From assembly GCA_963663805.2 (NCBI GenBank), contig CAXXMR010000013.1:352001-416000 (forward strand): DNA of 64,000 nucleotides. The letters are read 5' to 3'. Each line of letters begins with the position of its first letter. Position 1 is the first letter of the stretch. Below, piece after piece: positions 1 through 9,922 of this stretch. This stretch comes from Sedimentisphaerales bacterium. Lineage in GTDB: Bacteria; Planctomycetota; Phycisphaerae; Sedimentisphaerales; SM23-30. The notes under the pieces were generated by a model, which searched no databases, was not told the origin of the DNA, and worked only from the letters and a program-made list of their open reading frames with translations. Position numbers and translations under genes: made by a program.

Positions 1-648
1 GCAGAGGTTTTGGAGCAAGCGGGGGCGGGGATTTCTGTGCTGGGAGAGGGGTTGGGAGTACCATTTAGAGGATTTTCAGGGGGCGGGTGTCAATATTCTG
101 GATGAGTCGAGGTGGCAGGGGCGCGCAAGACATGTGTTGGCCTGTGGTTATCAGCGGGCAGGGGTGGGTGATTTTATCAGTCCGGAGGAACCGGCCCCGC
201 TGTACCTGCGTCGTCCCGAAGCGGTGGAGCGGTGGGAGAAGCTGCATCCCAAGCCTGAATAATCTGGATAGTAATTGACGTAAGTGCTTATTTTGTGTGG
301 GGAGGATGGTTGTAAGTGCTTATTTTTGTGAGCGCGAGGGTGACTTCGTAGGCGCGATTGGGGCTTAAAACGGGTTTTTCGGGTGGGGGGGTTCTCCTTA
401 ATGCGCAATTTGCAGGGGGGCGAAATCAGCGCGATTGGGGATTTTGGGGGGGGGTAAAAAGAGTGTTTGGGGGCAGGGGGCGGGGGATTTTGGTTGTGAA
501 TATGCCTGTTTGGGGCGTCATTGCGGTGGCAAAGTTGTGTTTGCGGTGGGGTTTTCGGCGCGGTTTGGACTGGGACGACCGATTTTTGATGATTTTTTTG
601 ATTTTTTGGCGTTTTTTTTGATTTTTGGGGTGGTTTTGAGATTTAAAA

Positions 649-801
649 AGGCATGAGGGATGAGGCATTTAAGAAGGCCAAGAGGCATTAGGCATGAGGC
701 ATGAGGGAACGGCGAGGTTTCGACCTGCGGTCGAGGGTTTTTATTTAACGGCAACGGCGAGGTGCTGCCTTGGGCAGGGGTTGTTTTTATTTTCAAACAA
801 G
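649..801 (+). repeat. Modular intergenic repeat, copy 1
   Basis: Contains an AGGCA(T/A)G 7-mer run, AACGGCGAGGT, hairpin TCGACC-TGC-GGTCGA, hairpin CTGCC-TTG-GGCAG and GGGTTGTTTTTATTT. Modules recur at ~4165, 5543, 7086, 9840 and 46410 (reverse). Confidence 0.85.
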
Positions 802-889
802 GGGATAAATAAATGTACCGGACACCGTTTTCCCCCCGTTTTCCCCGCACAGATAATGCAACCGGTCGAATCTAACTATGGTTAATCCT

Positions 890-919
890 TTGACAAGGGC
901 CGCCCGGATGTGATATTAT
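890..919 (+). promoter_or_regulatory. Putative sigma70 promoter
   Basis: TTGACA (890-895), 18-bp spacer, extended -10 TGaTATTAT upstream of the ORF at 990. Confidence 0.5.
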
Positions 920-989
920 ACTAACATCCAGAGGGGGTTTTTCCTTTCGGGATCTTAACTTGATATTTAGCAGTTAGTCAGACATATCG

Positions 990-3177
990 ATGGAGCAGAT
1001 AATGCGAAAAGCAATACAAGAATTTATTCATCAAGTAATTATATTATTTCTGGTAATTGGTGGGCCGGTTTTGGCAAACTCAGCTCCTCAGGCCAGTGAT
1101 ATTACAGCATATCAGCGTACGGATGAAAGTGGGATTGTGGATATTGACTATACGCTCACCGATGCTGATGGTGACAACTGTACAATCGGGATTCTGGTCA
1201 GCGAGGATGCGGGCGAGAATTGGGATGTCCCGGCGACTGATTTTGCGGGTGATATTGGGGCGAATATTGCTCCCGGCTTCCGAAGCATCATCTGGCACAG
1301 CAAAACCGATCTGCCCATTGCTTACGGCAGTGATTTTCAGGTAAAAATAACCGCTGAAGACAATATCGGCTCCAATACCGAGCCAGACGAGTCTGGGGAC
1401 ATAGTCTGGGTGGCCATAGATGATCCCGGTCTGTTTGGCCATGAAGGTTTCGATGGTGAAATGAGCAAACATGAAACAACCAATGCCCAATTTGCCGCCT
1501 TTCTCAATGCCGCTCTGGCATCGGGTGACATTATTGTCGCCACAGACAACAAAGCCTACGGCAGTAAACGGCTCTAACAGCGGGGGATGATTTCGTCGGT
1601 CTGGCCTATTATAATCTTGCCGATCCCGGCGATACTTATAAACGGCGCGACCAAGGGCGGCGCATCACGCGTTAGTTACAACGGCGGTTCTTTCACGGCG
1701 GATAGGGGCTATGAAAACCATCCCGCGACCTGCGTAAGCTGGTACGGGGGCCGCGGCGTTTTGTGATTATTATGGCTATCGACTGCCCACTGAATGGGAA
1801 TGGCAGGCGGTGGCGGATTATGACGGCAGTTATAATTATGGTTGCGGGGTGAGTGCTAACAACGGGATTGCGAATTATTTTGATTCGGTGCATCCCAACG
1901 GTACTGCTGATGTGGGCAGCTTTGGTGCTTATGGTTACGGCATGTGCGACATGATGGGCAGTTTTATGGGAATGGACCAGCAGCTGGAACACTGCCGCCA
2001 ACAGCTATCCCTACCTTCGCGGCGGCTGCTGGACAATCGCGGATTATTACTGCTCGGCAACGTACCGAATCAATTATGCCCCCACCAGCATGAGCGCCCA
2101 CATCGGTTTTAGGGCCTGTCCGCGGTGAAGTATCAAACACTGTGCCTAATTTAGTCGGCAAGACGCAGGCAGCAGCAGAAGCGATGATTGTCGGCTCTGG
2201 TTATGCGGTGGGAAATGTCAGCGAGGATTATAGTGATAATGTAGCAGAGGGTTTGGTTATAAGCCAGAATCCATCTGCTGGCACAGAATTGACACTGGGA
2301 TATGCCGTTTATTTGACAGTTTCAATCGGCCCGGCATCAAGTTCAGGCGAAGTTGTGGTTGACGGACCGGCAGATATGACCTGGGTATATATCAACGATT
2401 CTGGAGCGAACATGAAAGATGAATACGGCAATCCGATCAGTCATGGCGGTTTTGTCGGATACATGAGCAAATATGAAACCACCAACGCTCAATATTGTGA
2501 GTATCTCAATTCCGCTCTTGCGGACGGGCTGATAGAAGTCGATGTCGAATGGGGCAGCCACAGAGTATTTCCCGCACACTCAGGCTATAGCGGCATGCCC
2601 TATTACAGACTCACGAATCAGGGAGATAATCATAATGGAGCCACTCATGGCGGAGCATCGAGAATCCATTACATTAACGGCAGGTTCACCATTGACAGTG
2701 GTTTTGAAAACCATCCGGTTTCTTATGTGAGCTGGTACGGGGCCACTGCCTTTTGCGAATATTATGGATACCGATTGCCTACCCTGTGGGAATGGCAGGC
2801 GGTGGCAGACTACGATGGAAGCTATAGCTATCCATGCGGAAATGACTATCGATCACAGTATGGCCAACTATTACGACTCGACACATCCTGACGGCACGAC
2901 CGTGGTCGGCAGCTATGGCACTTATGGCTACGGCCTGTGTAACATGACTGGCAATCTGTCTGAATGGGTCAGCACGTCGGCTAACAACGGCAATCACTAC
3001 TATCGCTGCAGCAGCTGGGCTACTTGGATAGATATTTATCACACTTCAATTGCAGATTACTATTCCGGAACAGGCCCGGCCAGTCATATTGGCTTTAGGC
3101 GTGCCGGGACAGCATTGGCACTTCAGGTAACAACTAATAAACATAACTGTTTATCAGAGCACGGAACATTAAAATGA
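990..3177 (+). CDS. Secreted multidomain protein: N-terminal domain, FGE-sulfatase (SUMF1/C-lectin fold) domain, PASTA domain, second FGE domain; split by several frameshifts
   Basis: Signal peptide. MSKHETTNAQF and MSKYETTNAQY; HPVSYVSWYGATAFCEYYGYRLPT.EWQ; YG.CxMxG..EW...HIGFR motifs occur twice across frames. PASTA 'VPNLVGKTQAAAEA...VISQNPSAG'. Confidence 0.75.
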
Positions 3178-4157
3178 ATTATACAAAAAAAATAATCTTC
3201 GGCCTGTTTATCATTATTATCGTAATCTGCCCCGCAATCTTTGCGGCCAGTGGCTCAGGCGTTTCTAATGTTTTCACAATTGATAACCGGCAAGAAGACA
3301 CGCTGGTTACTAGTAAACTTACGATCAAGGGCGGCAAGGAACGCGATGGGATGTCCGATTCTTTTTCAATGACCGGCCAGTTTGGTTCGGGAAGCCTGGA
3401 ATTAATTTCCGCTCCGGCCAATGACCTTGCGAACATTGCCTTTGCCATCTACTCGGAAAGCGAAGATGAGGTTTACGGACATGAAGAACTTTTTAATCCT
3501 CAGAACATTAAAGTCGATGCCAAGCGTCAAAAGATTTCCTATAAAAACTCTTTTACCAAAGGCCAATCCGGCGGCATAACATCTTTCAAGGCGGACCTGG
3601 CCAAAGGAACATTTACGATTACCGGCAAGGACGTCGATTTTACCGGCATGCAAAGCCCGGTTATGATTGGTTTGAGTATAGGGAATTATTTCGGCAACAG
3701 CATCGCCTATGACGGTGAAGTTTTGGGCTCCGCGGCGATCTGGATATAATAAACGGCAGTAAACCTTTGCCCGCAAAATTTACTGGCCGGCTGCATTGAC
3801 TATCTGAGCATAGCCAAAACCACCAAGTTAAAAGAAAAAGACAACCTCGTCTCCACCTCAGTCAGCGGCTCAATCACGGCACGAGAATCGTTTACCATAA
3901 ACCTGGAAAACGAACCGTTAATCATAACCTGGGGTGACAATGATTTTACTATCCCCGCAGACAGTTGTGTCGGCAAAGGTGCTAAATTTGCTTTCAAAAA
4001 AATAACCGCCACAGGAAGGCGGAGTTTTCAGCGGCATTATCGATTTTGGCAAATGCACTTACAAAATCAGCATCAAGAACGCCCCGCTAAACACCAATGC
4101 CGATACTTTCGGCCTGACCTTGGCACATTCAGCCAAACCGTCAACATTGTATACTAA
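3174..4157 (+). CDS. Secreted hypothetical protein, frameshifted after ~3745
   Basis: Signal peptide in ORF 3174-3749. Coding-like sequence continues in shifted frames to TAA at 4155-4157. Confidence 0.5.
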
Positions 4158-4164
4158 AAAGAGT

Positions 4165-4350
4165 TGCCTTTGGCAGGGGTGTTTTTATTTTTGTATCAGT
4201 ACTGGGGGCTTACGCACCCCGGCTATTCGTTCTTTCGACCCCTTTGGGGTCTTTTAATGGGGAAGAATTTGTGGACGGGAGGGACATTATGGACTTGCTG
4301 GACTGGCTGGGTGTTCGATCCGGTCGCTTACGCGAATCGGTTTCTGTTTG
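4165..4350 (+). repeat. Modular intergenic repeat, copy 2 (REP-like hairpins and GGAC 9-bp periodic module)
   Basis: TGCCTTTGGCAGGGGTGTTTTTATTT and GGGGCTTACGCACCCC. The block CCCCTTTGGGGTC..AAGAATTT.TGGAC.GGAGGGAC.TTATGGACTTGCTGGAC..GGTGTTCGATCCGG is shared with ~5757-5868. Confidence 0.8.
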
Positions 4351-4422
4351 GGTGAGGGGGTAGATTGGTGGTGGGATTTTATTTGGTGGTGGTTTGGTGG
4401 TTGTTGATATATTATGTGGGTT

Positions 4423-5565
4423 ATGATAAGCAGAACAGAACAACTGGATTATGAGCGGGCGCGGCTGGCGGGTTACGCGGTTTTATGCGTGGATAGTCGG
4501 GGGCGGGGACATGCTGAGCCGGAGCATGTCTATCGTACGGCTTTTCAGCGGGACCGGGACCGGATTGTACATAGTTCGGCGTTTCGTCGGCTGGAGGCCA
4601 AGACTCAGGTATTTACGGTTCCGGCGGGTGATTATTATCGTACGCGTCTGACGCATACATTTGAGGTTTCGCTGATTGCGCGGACTATGGCGCGGGCTTT
4701 GGCGGTGAACGAAGATTTGGCGGAGGCGGCGGCTTTGGCCCATGATTTGGGGCATCCGCCTTATGGTCATTGCGGGGAGGCGGTGCTTAATGAATTGATG
4801 TCGGGGCATGGGGGCTTTGAACATAATCGTCATTCTTTGCGGGTGGTTGATTATCTGGAGCATCCTTATCCTGATTTTCGGGGGCTTAACCTCAGCTATG
4901 AAACGCGGTGGTGTATTGCCAAGCATGAAACCCGTTATGACCGGCCCGAACTGAGCGAGGAGTTTCCCAGTAAGTTTGCTCCGCTGGAAGGACAGCTGGC
5001 GGATTTGGCGGATTCGATTGCTTATACTTCGCATGATTTGGATGACGCTCTGGCGGGTGAGCTGATTTGTGAGGATGATTTGAAGGATATAGAATTGTAT
5101 CAGGAACTGCTGGGGCAGGTGGGGCGGCGGTATCCGCAGGCTCGTCGCTTTTCTCGGCAGCTTCGCTGTGCTAAGGGAATCATAGAATTGCTGGCCCGTG
5201 ACGCTCTGGCTGAAACTGCCCGGAACCTTGAAACTCTTAAGCCCGAATCTCTGGACGATATTGTCAAGGCTGACGATAAGGTGGCGGGTTTGTCGGCGGG
5301 GGCTCAGGAGCGAATGAATCAGCTTTCAGATTTTCTGCTGGAAAGGGTGTATCATCATCCGCGGGTGGTGGAGGGCCAGAGTGTGGCGAAGGAGCATCTG
5401 GAAGGGCTGTTTCGGCTGTATTGTGAACGGCCTGAACTGCTGCCGGTGCGGTATCAGCAGAGGCAGGATAGTCAGCCGCGGGCGGGGATAGTATGTGATT
5501 ATCTGGCAGGGATGACGGATAGCTTTTGTCGGGAACAGTATCATTTAAGAAGGCAAGAGGCATAA
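4423..5565 (+). CDS. dgt: Deoxyguanosinetriphosphate triphosphohydrolase (HD family)
   Basis: RTAFQRDRDRIVHSSAFRRLEAKTQVF, RTRLTHT, AHDLGHPPYGH, FEHN, ADSIAYTSHDLDD, DYLAGMTD. Start could be 4414 or 4423. Confidence 0.95.
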   Translation: MISRTEQLDYERARLAGYAVLCVDSRGRGHAEPEHVYRTAFQRDRDRIVHSSAFRRLEAKTQVFTVPAGDYYRTRLTHTFEVSLIARTMARALAVNEDLAEAAALAHDLGHPPYGHCGEAVLNELMSGHGGFEHNRHSLRVVDYLEHPYPDFRGLNLSYETRWCIAKHETRYDRPELSEEFPSKFAPLEGQLADLADSIAYTSHDLDDALAGELICEDDLKDIELYQELLGQVGRRYPQARRFSRQLRCAKGIIELLARDALAETARNLETLKPESLDDIVKADDKVAGLSAGAQERMNQLSDFLLERVYHHPRVVEGQSVAKEHLEGLFRLYCERPELLPVRYQQRQDSQPRAGIVCDYLAGMTDSFCREQYHLRRQEA

Positions 5566-5868
5566 GGCAAGAGGCATAAGTGAACGGCGAGGTTTCGGCC
5601 TTTGGCCGAGGATTTTTATTTAACGGCAACGGCAACCGCTTACTTACGTGCGCGGCTCTGAAAGGAGGGAAGAAGGCAAGAGGGGTGAGGCAGGAGGCAA
5701 GAGGGAACGGCGAGGTTTCGGCCTTTGGCAGGATTGTTTTTATTTTTTGCTTTGTACCCCTTTGGGGTCTTTAACGGCAAAGAATTTATGGACAGGAGGG
5801 ACGTTATGGACTTGCTGGACGGGTTTTGGTGTTCGATCCGGCCGTTTAGGCGGTGCGGTTTCTGTTGG
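5543..5868 (+). repeat. Modular intergenic repeat, copy 3 (longest mosaic; overlaps the dgt stop)
   Basis: AGGCAAG runs and two AACGGCGAGGTTTCGGCCTTTGGC units, followed by the GGAC module shared with copy 2. Confidence 0.85.
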
Positions 5869-5932
5869 TGCGGTCTTTAATTTAGTTTGGAACTGGTGCC
5901 AATTGTCGAAGCATTCGGTGTTTTTTTTATGC

Positions 5933-5961
5933 TTGCCAGTGGTTTGGGGTTTCGCTATTAT
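5933..5961 (+). promoter_or_regulatory. Putative sigma70 promoter of rpmH
   Basis: TTGCCA-N17-TATTAT. Confidence 0.55.
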
Positions 5962-6051
5962 TTACAATTCTATATAGGAATGAGCAGGGCCGCAGGTGGC
6001 CGGGTGAACGATACAACTAATGCTGTAGCAGTTAGTTAAGAAGGATTAAAA

Positions 6052-6183
6052 ATGGAAAACCATCGTATAAGCAAAATCAAAAAGAAACGTAAAAGCGGGT
6101 TTCGGGCTCGCATGAAGACTTCCAAAGGTCGTAAAATTATCAACGCCAAGCGTCGGGCTGGTCGTTCGGTGAACGTTTGCTAA
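6052..6183 (+). CDS. rpmH: 50S ribosomal protein L34 (43 aa; below the ORF-track cutoff)
   Basis: Translated by hand: MENHRISKIKKKRKSGFRARMKTSKGRKIINAKRRAGRSVNVC, with the L34 signature GFRARM.T..GR.I...R. AAGGA lies upstream. Confidence 0.9.
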   Translation: MENHRISKIKKKRKSGFRARMKTSKGRKIINAKRRAGRSVNVC

Positions 6184-6184
6184 T

Positions 6185-7048
6185 ATGCCTGCTATTTTCT
6201 ATGAAAGCATAGTCGAGGCGGTCGCGGGGCTTTGCCCCAGGGCTGCTTTTGAGCTCGACGCTGAGTTGATCGCGGCATTTGCGGAGGCGGCAAAAAAAGA
6301 ATCGAATGCTGGTGCGGCGGAGCGGCTGGGCCAGCTTCTGGAAAACGCAGAAATCGCCACGCGGGATCAGATACCTTTGTGTCAGGATACCGGCGTGGCG
6401 GTGGTGTTTGTGGAGCAGGGTCGGGATGCGCAGATAGTTTATCCGGCGGATAGGCCGGAGGCGACGCTTGACGATGCCATTAACGAGGGTGTCGCTAAAG
6501 GTTATAGCGAATCTTTTCTGCGTAAGTCGATGGTGGCGGACCCGGTTTTTGGTCGGGTTAATACCAATGACAATACTCCAGCGGTAATTCATCATCGTCG
6601 GGTGGCGGGGGCTAAGATGAAGATTACTTTGATGGCCAAGGGGGGCGGGTGCGAGAATAAATCGGCGTTCAAGATGCTCAAGCCTACGGCGGGTGCGGCT
6701 GAGGTTCGGGATTTTATTCTGGAGACGGTGAAGACGGCTGGCGCGGATGCCTGTCCGCCTTTTGTGATTGGGGTGGGGGTTGGTGGTAATTTCGAGTATG
6801 CGTGCTATCTTGCCAAGGCTGCGCTGCTGCGTTCGATTCATTCGAGTCATTCAGATGCTCAATGGGCGCAGATGGAAAAAGAACTGCTGGATACGATAAA
6901 TTCGTTCGATATTGGTCCGTCAGGTTTGAAAGGCGATACGACCGCTTTGGCGGTTTTGATTGAGACTTATCCTTGTCATATCGCGTCGCTGCCGGTGGCG
7001 GTTAATATTGAATGCCATAGTCATCGGCATAAAACCGTTACGCTGTAA
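6185..7048 (+). CDS. Fe-S fumarate/tartrate hydratase, alpha subunit
   Basis: PLCQDTG, NTNDNTPAVIH, KGGGCEN, ACPP..IGVGVGG, PCHIASLPVAVNIECH. Confidence 0.93.
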   Translation: MPAIFYESIVEAVAGLCPRAAFELDAELIAAFAEAAKKESNAGAAERLGQLLENAEIATRDQIPLCQDTGVAVVFVEQGRDAQIVYPADRPEATLDDAINEGVAKGYSESFLRKSMVADPVFGRVNTNDNTPAVIHHRRVAGAKMKITLMAKGGGCENKSAFKMLKPTAGAAEVRDFILETVKTAGADACPPFVIGVGVGGNFEYACYLAKAALLRSIHSSHSDAQWAQMEKELLDTINSFDIGPSGLKGDTTALAVLIETYPCHIASLPVAVNIECHSHRHKTVTL

Positions 7049-7085
7049 GGGCTGCTTGCGTGGGGAATTCTACATAAGATTAACG

Positions 7086-7240
7086 GCAGGCAAGAGGCAT
7101 TAGTGAACTGCTAGGTTTCGACCTGCGGTCGAGGGTTGAACAATTAACGGCTCGGTGCCTGCCTTCGGCAGGGGTTGTTTTTACATAAATAACGGGTTTT
7201 GGTGTTCGATCCGGCTGCTTGCGCGGCTCGGCTTTTGCTT
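7086..7240 (+). repeat. Modular intergenic repeat, copy 4
   Basis: GGCAAGAGGCATTAG, GGTTTCGACCTGCGGTCGAGGG, CCTGCCTTCGGCAGGGGTTGTTTTTA, GGTTTTGGTGTTCGATCCGG. Confidence 0.8.
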
Positions 7241-7257
7241 ACGGTTTGATTGTTTGG

Positions 7258-8448
7258 TTATTGTTGCGGCGTTGATTTGTTTAGTTTTGTCTGGAGGTAG
7301 TCGAAGATTGCGTGGGCGTATTTTTCGTGGGCATGGTGGTTGGGGTGGCCGTCGATGGGGTAGATTGCATAATGCTTGAATCCTTCAGGGCCGAAGTAGT
7401 CTTTGGTGGGGATGTAGTCGAGGTTGTATTGGGCAGAGAATTCTTTGGCGAAGATTTCTCGGGCGCCGGGCATGTATAAATCGGCGACGGCGATTGGTAT
7501 GTTGTGCTGTTGGCTGAACTGTTTGAATCGGCTAAACCATTTTTGGCCGTAGGCGCGGCGGATTTGTTTTTCTTCGGGGGTGATACTGCCTGCTTCTGGA
7601 TTGACGAAACTTTGGTAGAGCCTGCTGGTTTTTATCAGGTCGAGCATGAAAAGGCGGCAGAATGGGTTGTTGGGCGGGGGCAGGGGGCCGCGCTGTTCCA
7701 TTTGTTCGGGGGTGATGATTTCGTCGTCGTTGTAGCAGAATCCGACGATTATCATGTCGGGATGGTAGGGGAGTACTTTGTTTTCGATGACGACCATGTA
7801 TTGTTCGAGGGCGTAGCCGGGATGGCCGAAGATTATAAATTCGTATTTGCCGGGCCATTTTTGGTTGGTCCATTTTTCAAGGAGCTTGGCGTAAGTTTTT
7901 TCGTGTTCGACGCCCCATCCCATGGTGAGTGAGTCGCCTACGACGGCGACGCGGAAGGTGTTGTCGGGTTTTTCGAGCGGGTATTCGCGGTCGCGCAGGC
8001 CGGCAGAGTTGGTCTGGAAGTGTTTGAGGTGGAATATGGTGTCAACATTTGGTTTGAATTCGACGAGCAGCTCTTTGAGTTCGGCGCGCTGGTAGATGTC
8101 GGGCTGGCAGTCGCCCTGGCTGGAGTAGACGCTGTTCATTTTGGTGAGGCTGAGGCAGTCCGGGCCGAAGAGGTAGAAGCGGCAGGCTAACTCGGCGAGG
8201 AAGAAGGCGGCGAGGAATGAAATCCAGCAGAAGACGACGGCTTCGAGAATGAAACGCCGTTTGCGGCGGATAATCAGATTGAAGGCGGTGGTGACGAGGG
8301 CTAAATCGAGAAGGGAAAGAAGGATTTTGATTTCTTTAGCGGTGTAGTTGGGGATTTTGAAGTCGGCGAGGGCTACTGTGATGGTTATTAGCACTGCTGA
8401 GATTAGGAAAATTATGCCTGTCCGGAAGGCCCGTTTTTGTTTTTCCAT
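7258..8448 (-). CDS. Membrane-anchored SGNH/GDSL hydrolase family protein
   Basis: Three N-terminal TM segments; TNSAGLRD, VGDSLTMGWGV, FCYND, DGHPN. Confidence 0.88.
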   Translation of the reverse strand: MEKQKRAFRTGIIFLISAVLITITVALADFKIPNYTAKEIKILLSLLDLALVTTAFNLIIRRKRRFILEAVVFCWISFLAAFFLAELACRFYLFGPDCLSLTKMNSVYSSQGDCQPDIYQRAELKELLVEFKPNVDTIFHLKHFQTNSAGLRDREYPLEKPDNTFRVAVVGDSLTMGWGVEHEKTYAKLLEKWTNQKWPGKYEFIIFGHPGYALEQYMVVIENKVLPYHPDMIIVGFCYNDDEIITPEQMEQRGPLPPPNNPFCRLFMLDLIKTSRLYQSFVNPEAGSITPEEKQIRRAYGQKWFSRFKQFSQQHNIPIAVADLYMPGAREIFAKEFSAQYNLDYIPTKDYFGPEGFKHYAIYPIDGHPNHHAHEKYAHAIFDYLQTKLNKSTPQQ

Positions 8449-8564
8449 TTGTTTACTCCGATTACAACTGTTTATACTATACAGACATCGACCAGAAGGG
8501 CGGTTGGTCTGTAAAAGCGGGAATTGGTGGCGAAAAATGGTGGATGGAGTTAGAATTGCGGGCT

Positions 8565-9836
8565 ATGAAGATAGATTTTCCATTTGAACTGGTTGAGGTG
8601 CAGCGGTTTGGTTGTTCTTGCTGCGGGCGGTGCTGTCGGGGGTTTATGGTGCCGGTTGAGTCGGTTGAGCGGGATGCGATTGCTGATTTAGAGGATTGGC
8701 CGAGGCGGTTGGGGGTGGAGCAGATTTATCTGCGGAGTCATCTGGCAGGGGCGGCGGGTTATGCCTTGGCGAAGCGGGCTGATGGGCGGTGCGTTTTTCT
8801 GGATGATGACGGGCTGTGTCTGATACATAAGCGGTATGGGGCGGGTGCTAAGCCGGTGGCGTGTCAGATTTATCCTTTTGTGTTTTGTCCGGCGGCGGGT
8901 GAGACGGCGGTGTCGTTGCGGTTTGATTGTCCGGCGGTTTGTGAAAATGAGGGGGCGGAGTTGGCGGAGTATCGGGCGGAACTGGAGGAGTTGGCGGGGC
9001 AGGTTGTGCCGGCGGGTACGGTTGCGGTGGTGCCGCGGATTTATGGGCGGAATGCGGTTGATGGTGAGAAGTTTCGGCTGGTGAATGAGGCGGTGGTTAA
9101 GATTTTGGGTAGTAACGCGGTGGCGTTTAATTTGCGGCTGCATTGGCTGAACAGTTTCGCGGAGTATCTGGCGAAGATTAAATGGTCTGAAGTTGGGGCG
9201 GATGAGTTGGCTGAGATACTTGATATGTTTCGGACGGGGATTTTGGCGGAGCTGGCGGGTTATGAGCCGTTGTTTGGGAAGCTGACCGGGCGGGCGCGGA
9301 AGCTGTTTGGTCAGTATTTGTTTGTTTTGAGTCAGCCGAGTCAGAATCCTACTTTGGCGAAGGTTTCGCTGGTGCGGACTTTGCGGGAGCGGCTGGGTCA
9401 GACTTCGGCAATGACGGCGTTTGCTAAACCTTCGGCAGAGCTGCCGCAGGTCTGGGCGGATTGGCCGAGGTGTAAGGTGGGGGATTTGGATGAATCGTTT
9501 GGGGCGATCGAGGGTGAGGTTGAAGAACTGCTGACGCGGATGCTGGTTTGTCGGACGGCCAGTTATAATTACTGCGGGGTGAATCTTTACGGTTATGATG
9601 TGGTCAGCGGGCTGCGGCTGATGATTGTGGGGGTCGCGGCGGCGGGGTGGCTGATGCGGGTTTATGCGCGGGCTGATATGCGGGACAGTCTGCGGCTGAG
9701 TGACGCGGAAAAGGTGCTGGGGATTCTTGATGGTAATCTGGGTTATGCGACGGCGTTGGATTTTGGGCCGGCGAAGGCACGGCTGGAGGCGATTGTCCCT
9801 TCGATGACGGATGTGATTAATTTCGCGTGTCTTTGA
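8565..9836 (+). CDS. YkgJ-family cysteine-cluster protein with FliB (flagellin Lys-N-methylase)-like architecture
   Basis: CSCCGRCC, CVFL....CLIH...G..AKP..CQIYPF, RFDCP, followed by a long helical C-terminal region. Confidence 0.75.
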   Translation: MKIDFPFELVEVQRFGCSCCGRCCRGFMVPVESVERDAIADLEDWPRRLGVEQIYLRSHLAGAAGYALAKRADGRCVFLDDDGLCLIHKRYGAGAKPVACQIYPFVFCPAAGETAVSLRFDCPAVCENEGAELAEYRAELEELAGQVVPAGTVAVVPRIYGRNAVDGEKFRLVNEAVVKILGSNAVAFNLRLHWLNSFAEYLAKIKWSEVGADELAEILDMFRTGILAELAGYEPLFGKLTGRARKLFGQYLFVLSQPSQNPTLAKVSLVRTLRERLGQTSAMTAFAKPSAELPQVWADWPRCKVGDLDESFGAIEGEVEELLTRMLVCRTASYNYCGVNLYGYDVVSGLRLMIVGVAAAGWLMRVYARADMRDSLRLSDAEKVLGILDGNLGYATALDFGPAKARLEAIVPSMTDVINFACL

Positions 9837-9839
9837 GGG

Positions 9840-9922
9840 GGGCATTTAAGAAGGCAAGAGGCATTAGGCATGAGGCAAGAGTGAACGGCGAGGTGCCTGC
9901 CTTCGGCAGGGGGTGTTTTATG
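9840..9922 (+). repeat. Modular intergenic repeat, copy 5
   Basis: GGCATTTAAGAAGGCAAGAGGCATTAGGCATGAGGC.AGAG.GAACGGCGAGGT is near-identical to 664-718; then CCTGCCTTCGGCAGGGGGTGTTTTA. Confidence 0.85.

Noticed and set aside
65..885. Short ORFs at the window start
   Set aside because: They span low-complexity G/T tracts and repeat modules with no recognisable protein motif.
990..4157. Complete diversity-generating retroelement
   Set aside because: No reverse transcriptase, Avd or adenine-specific template repeat was found; the two FGE ends differ at all bases.
8688..9845. 385-aa minus-strand ORF and similar Pro/Arg/Gln-rich ORFs
   Set aside because: Shadow ORFs produced by extreme G/T codon bias of real genes on the other strand.
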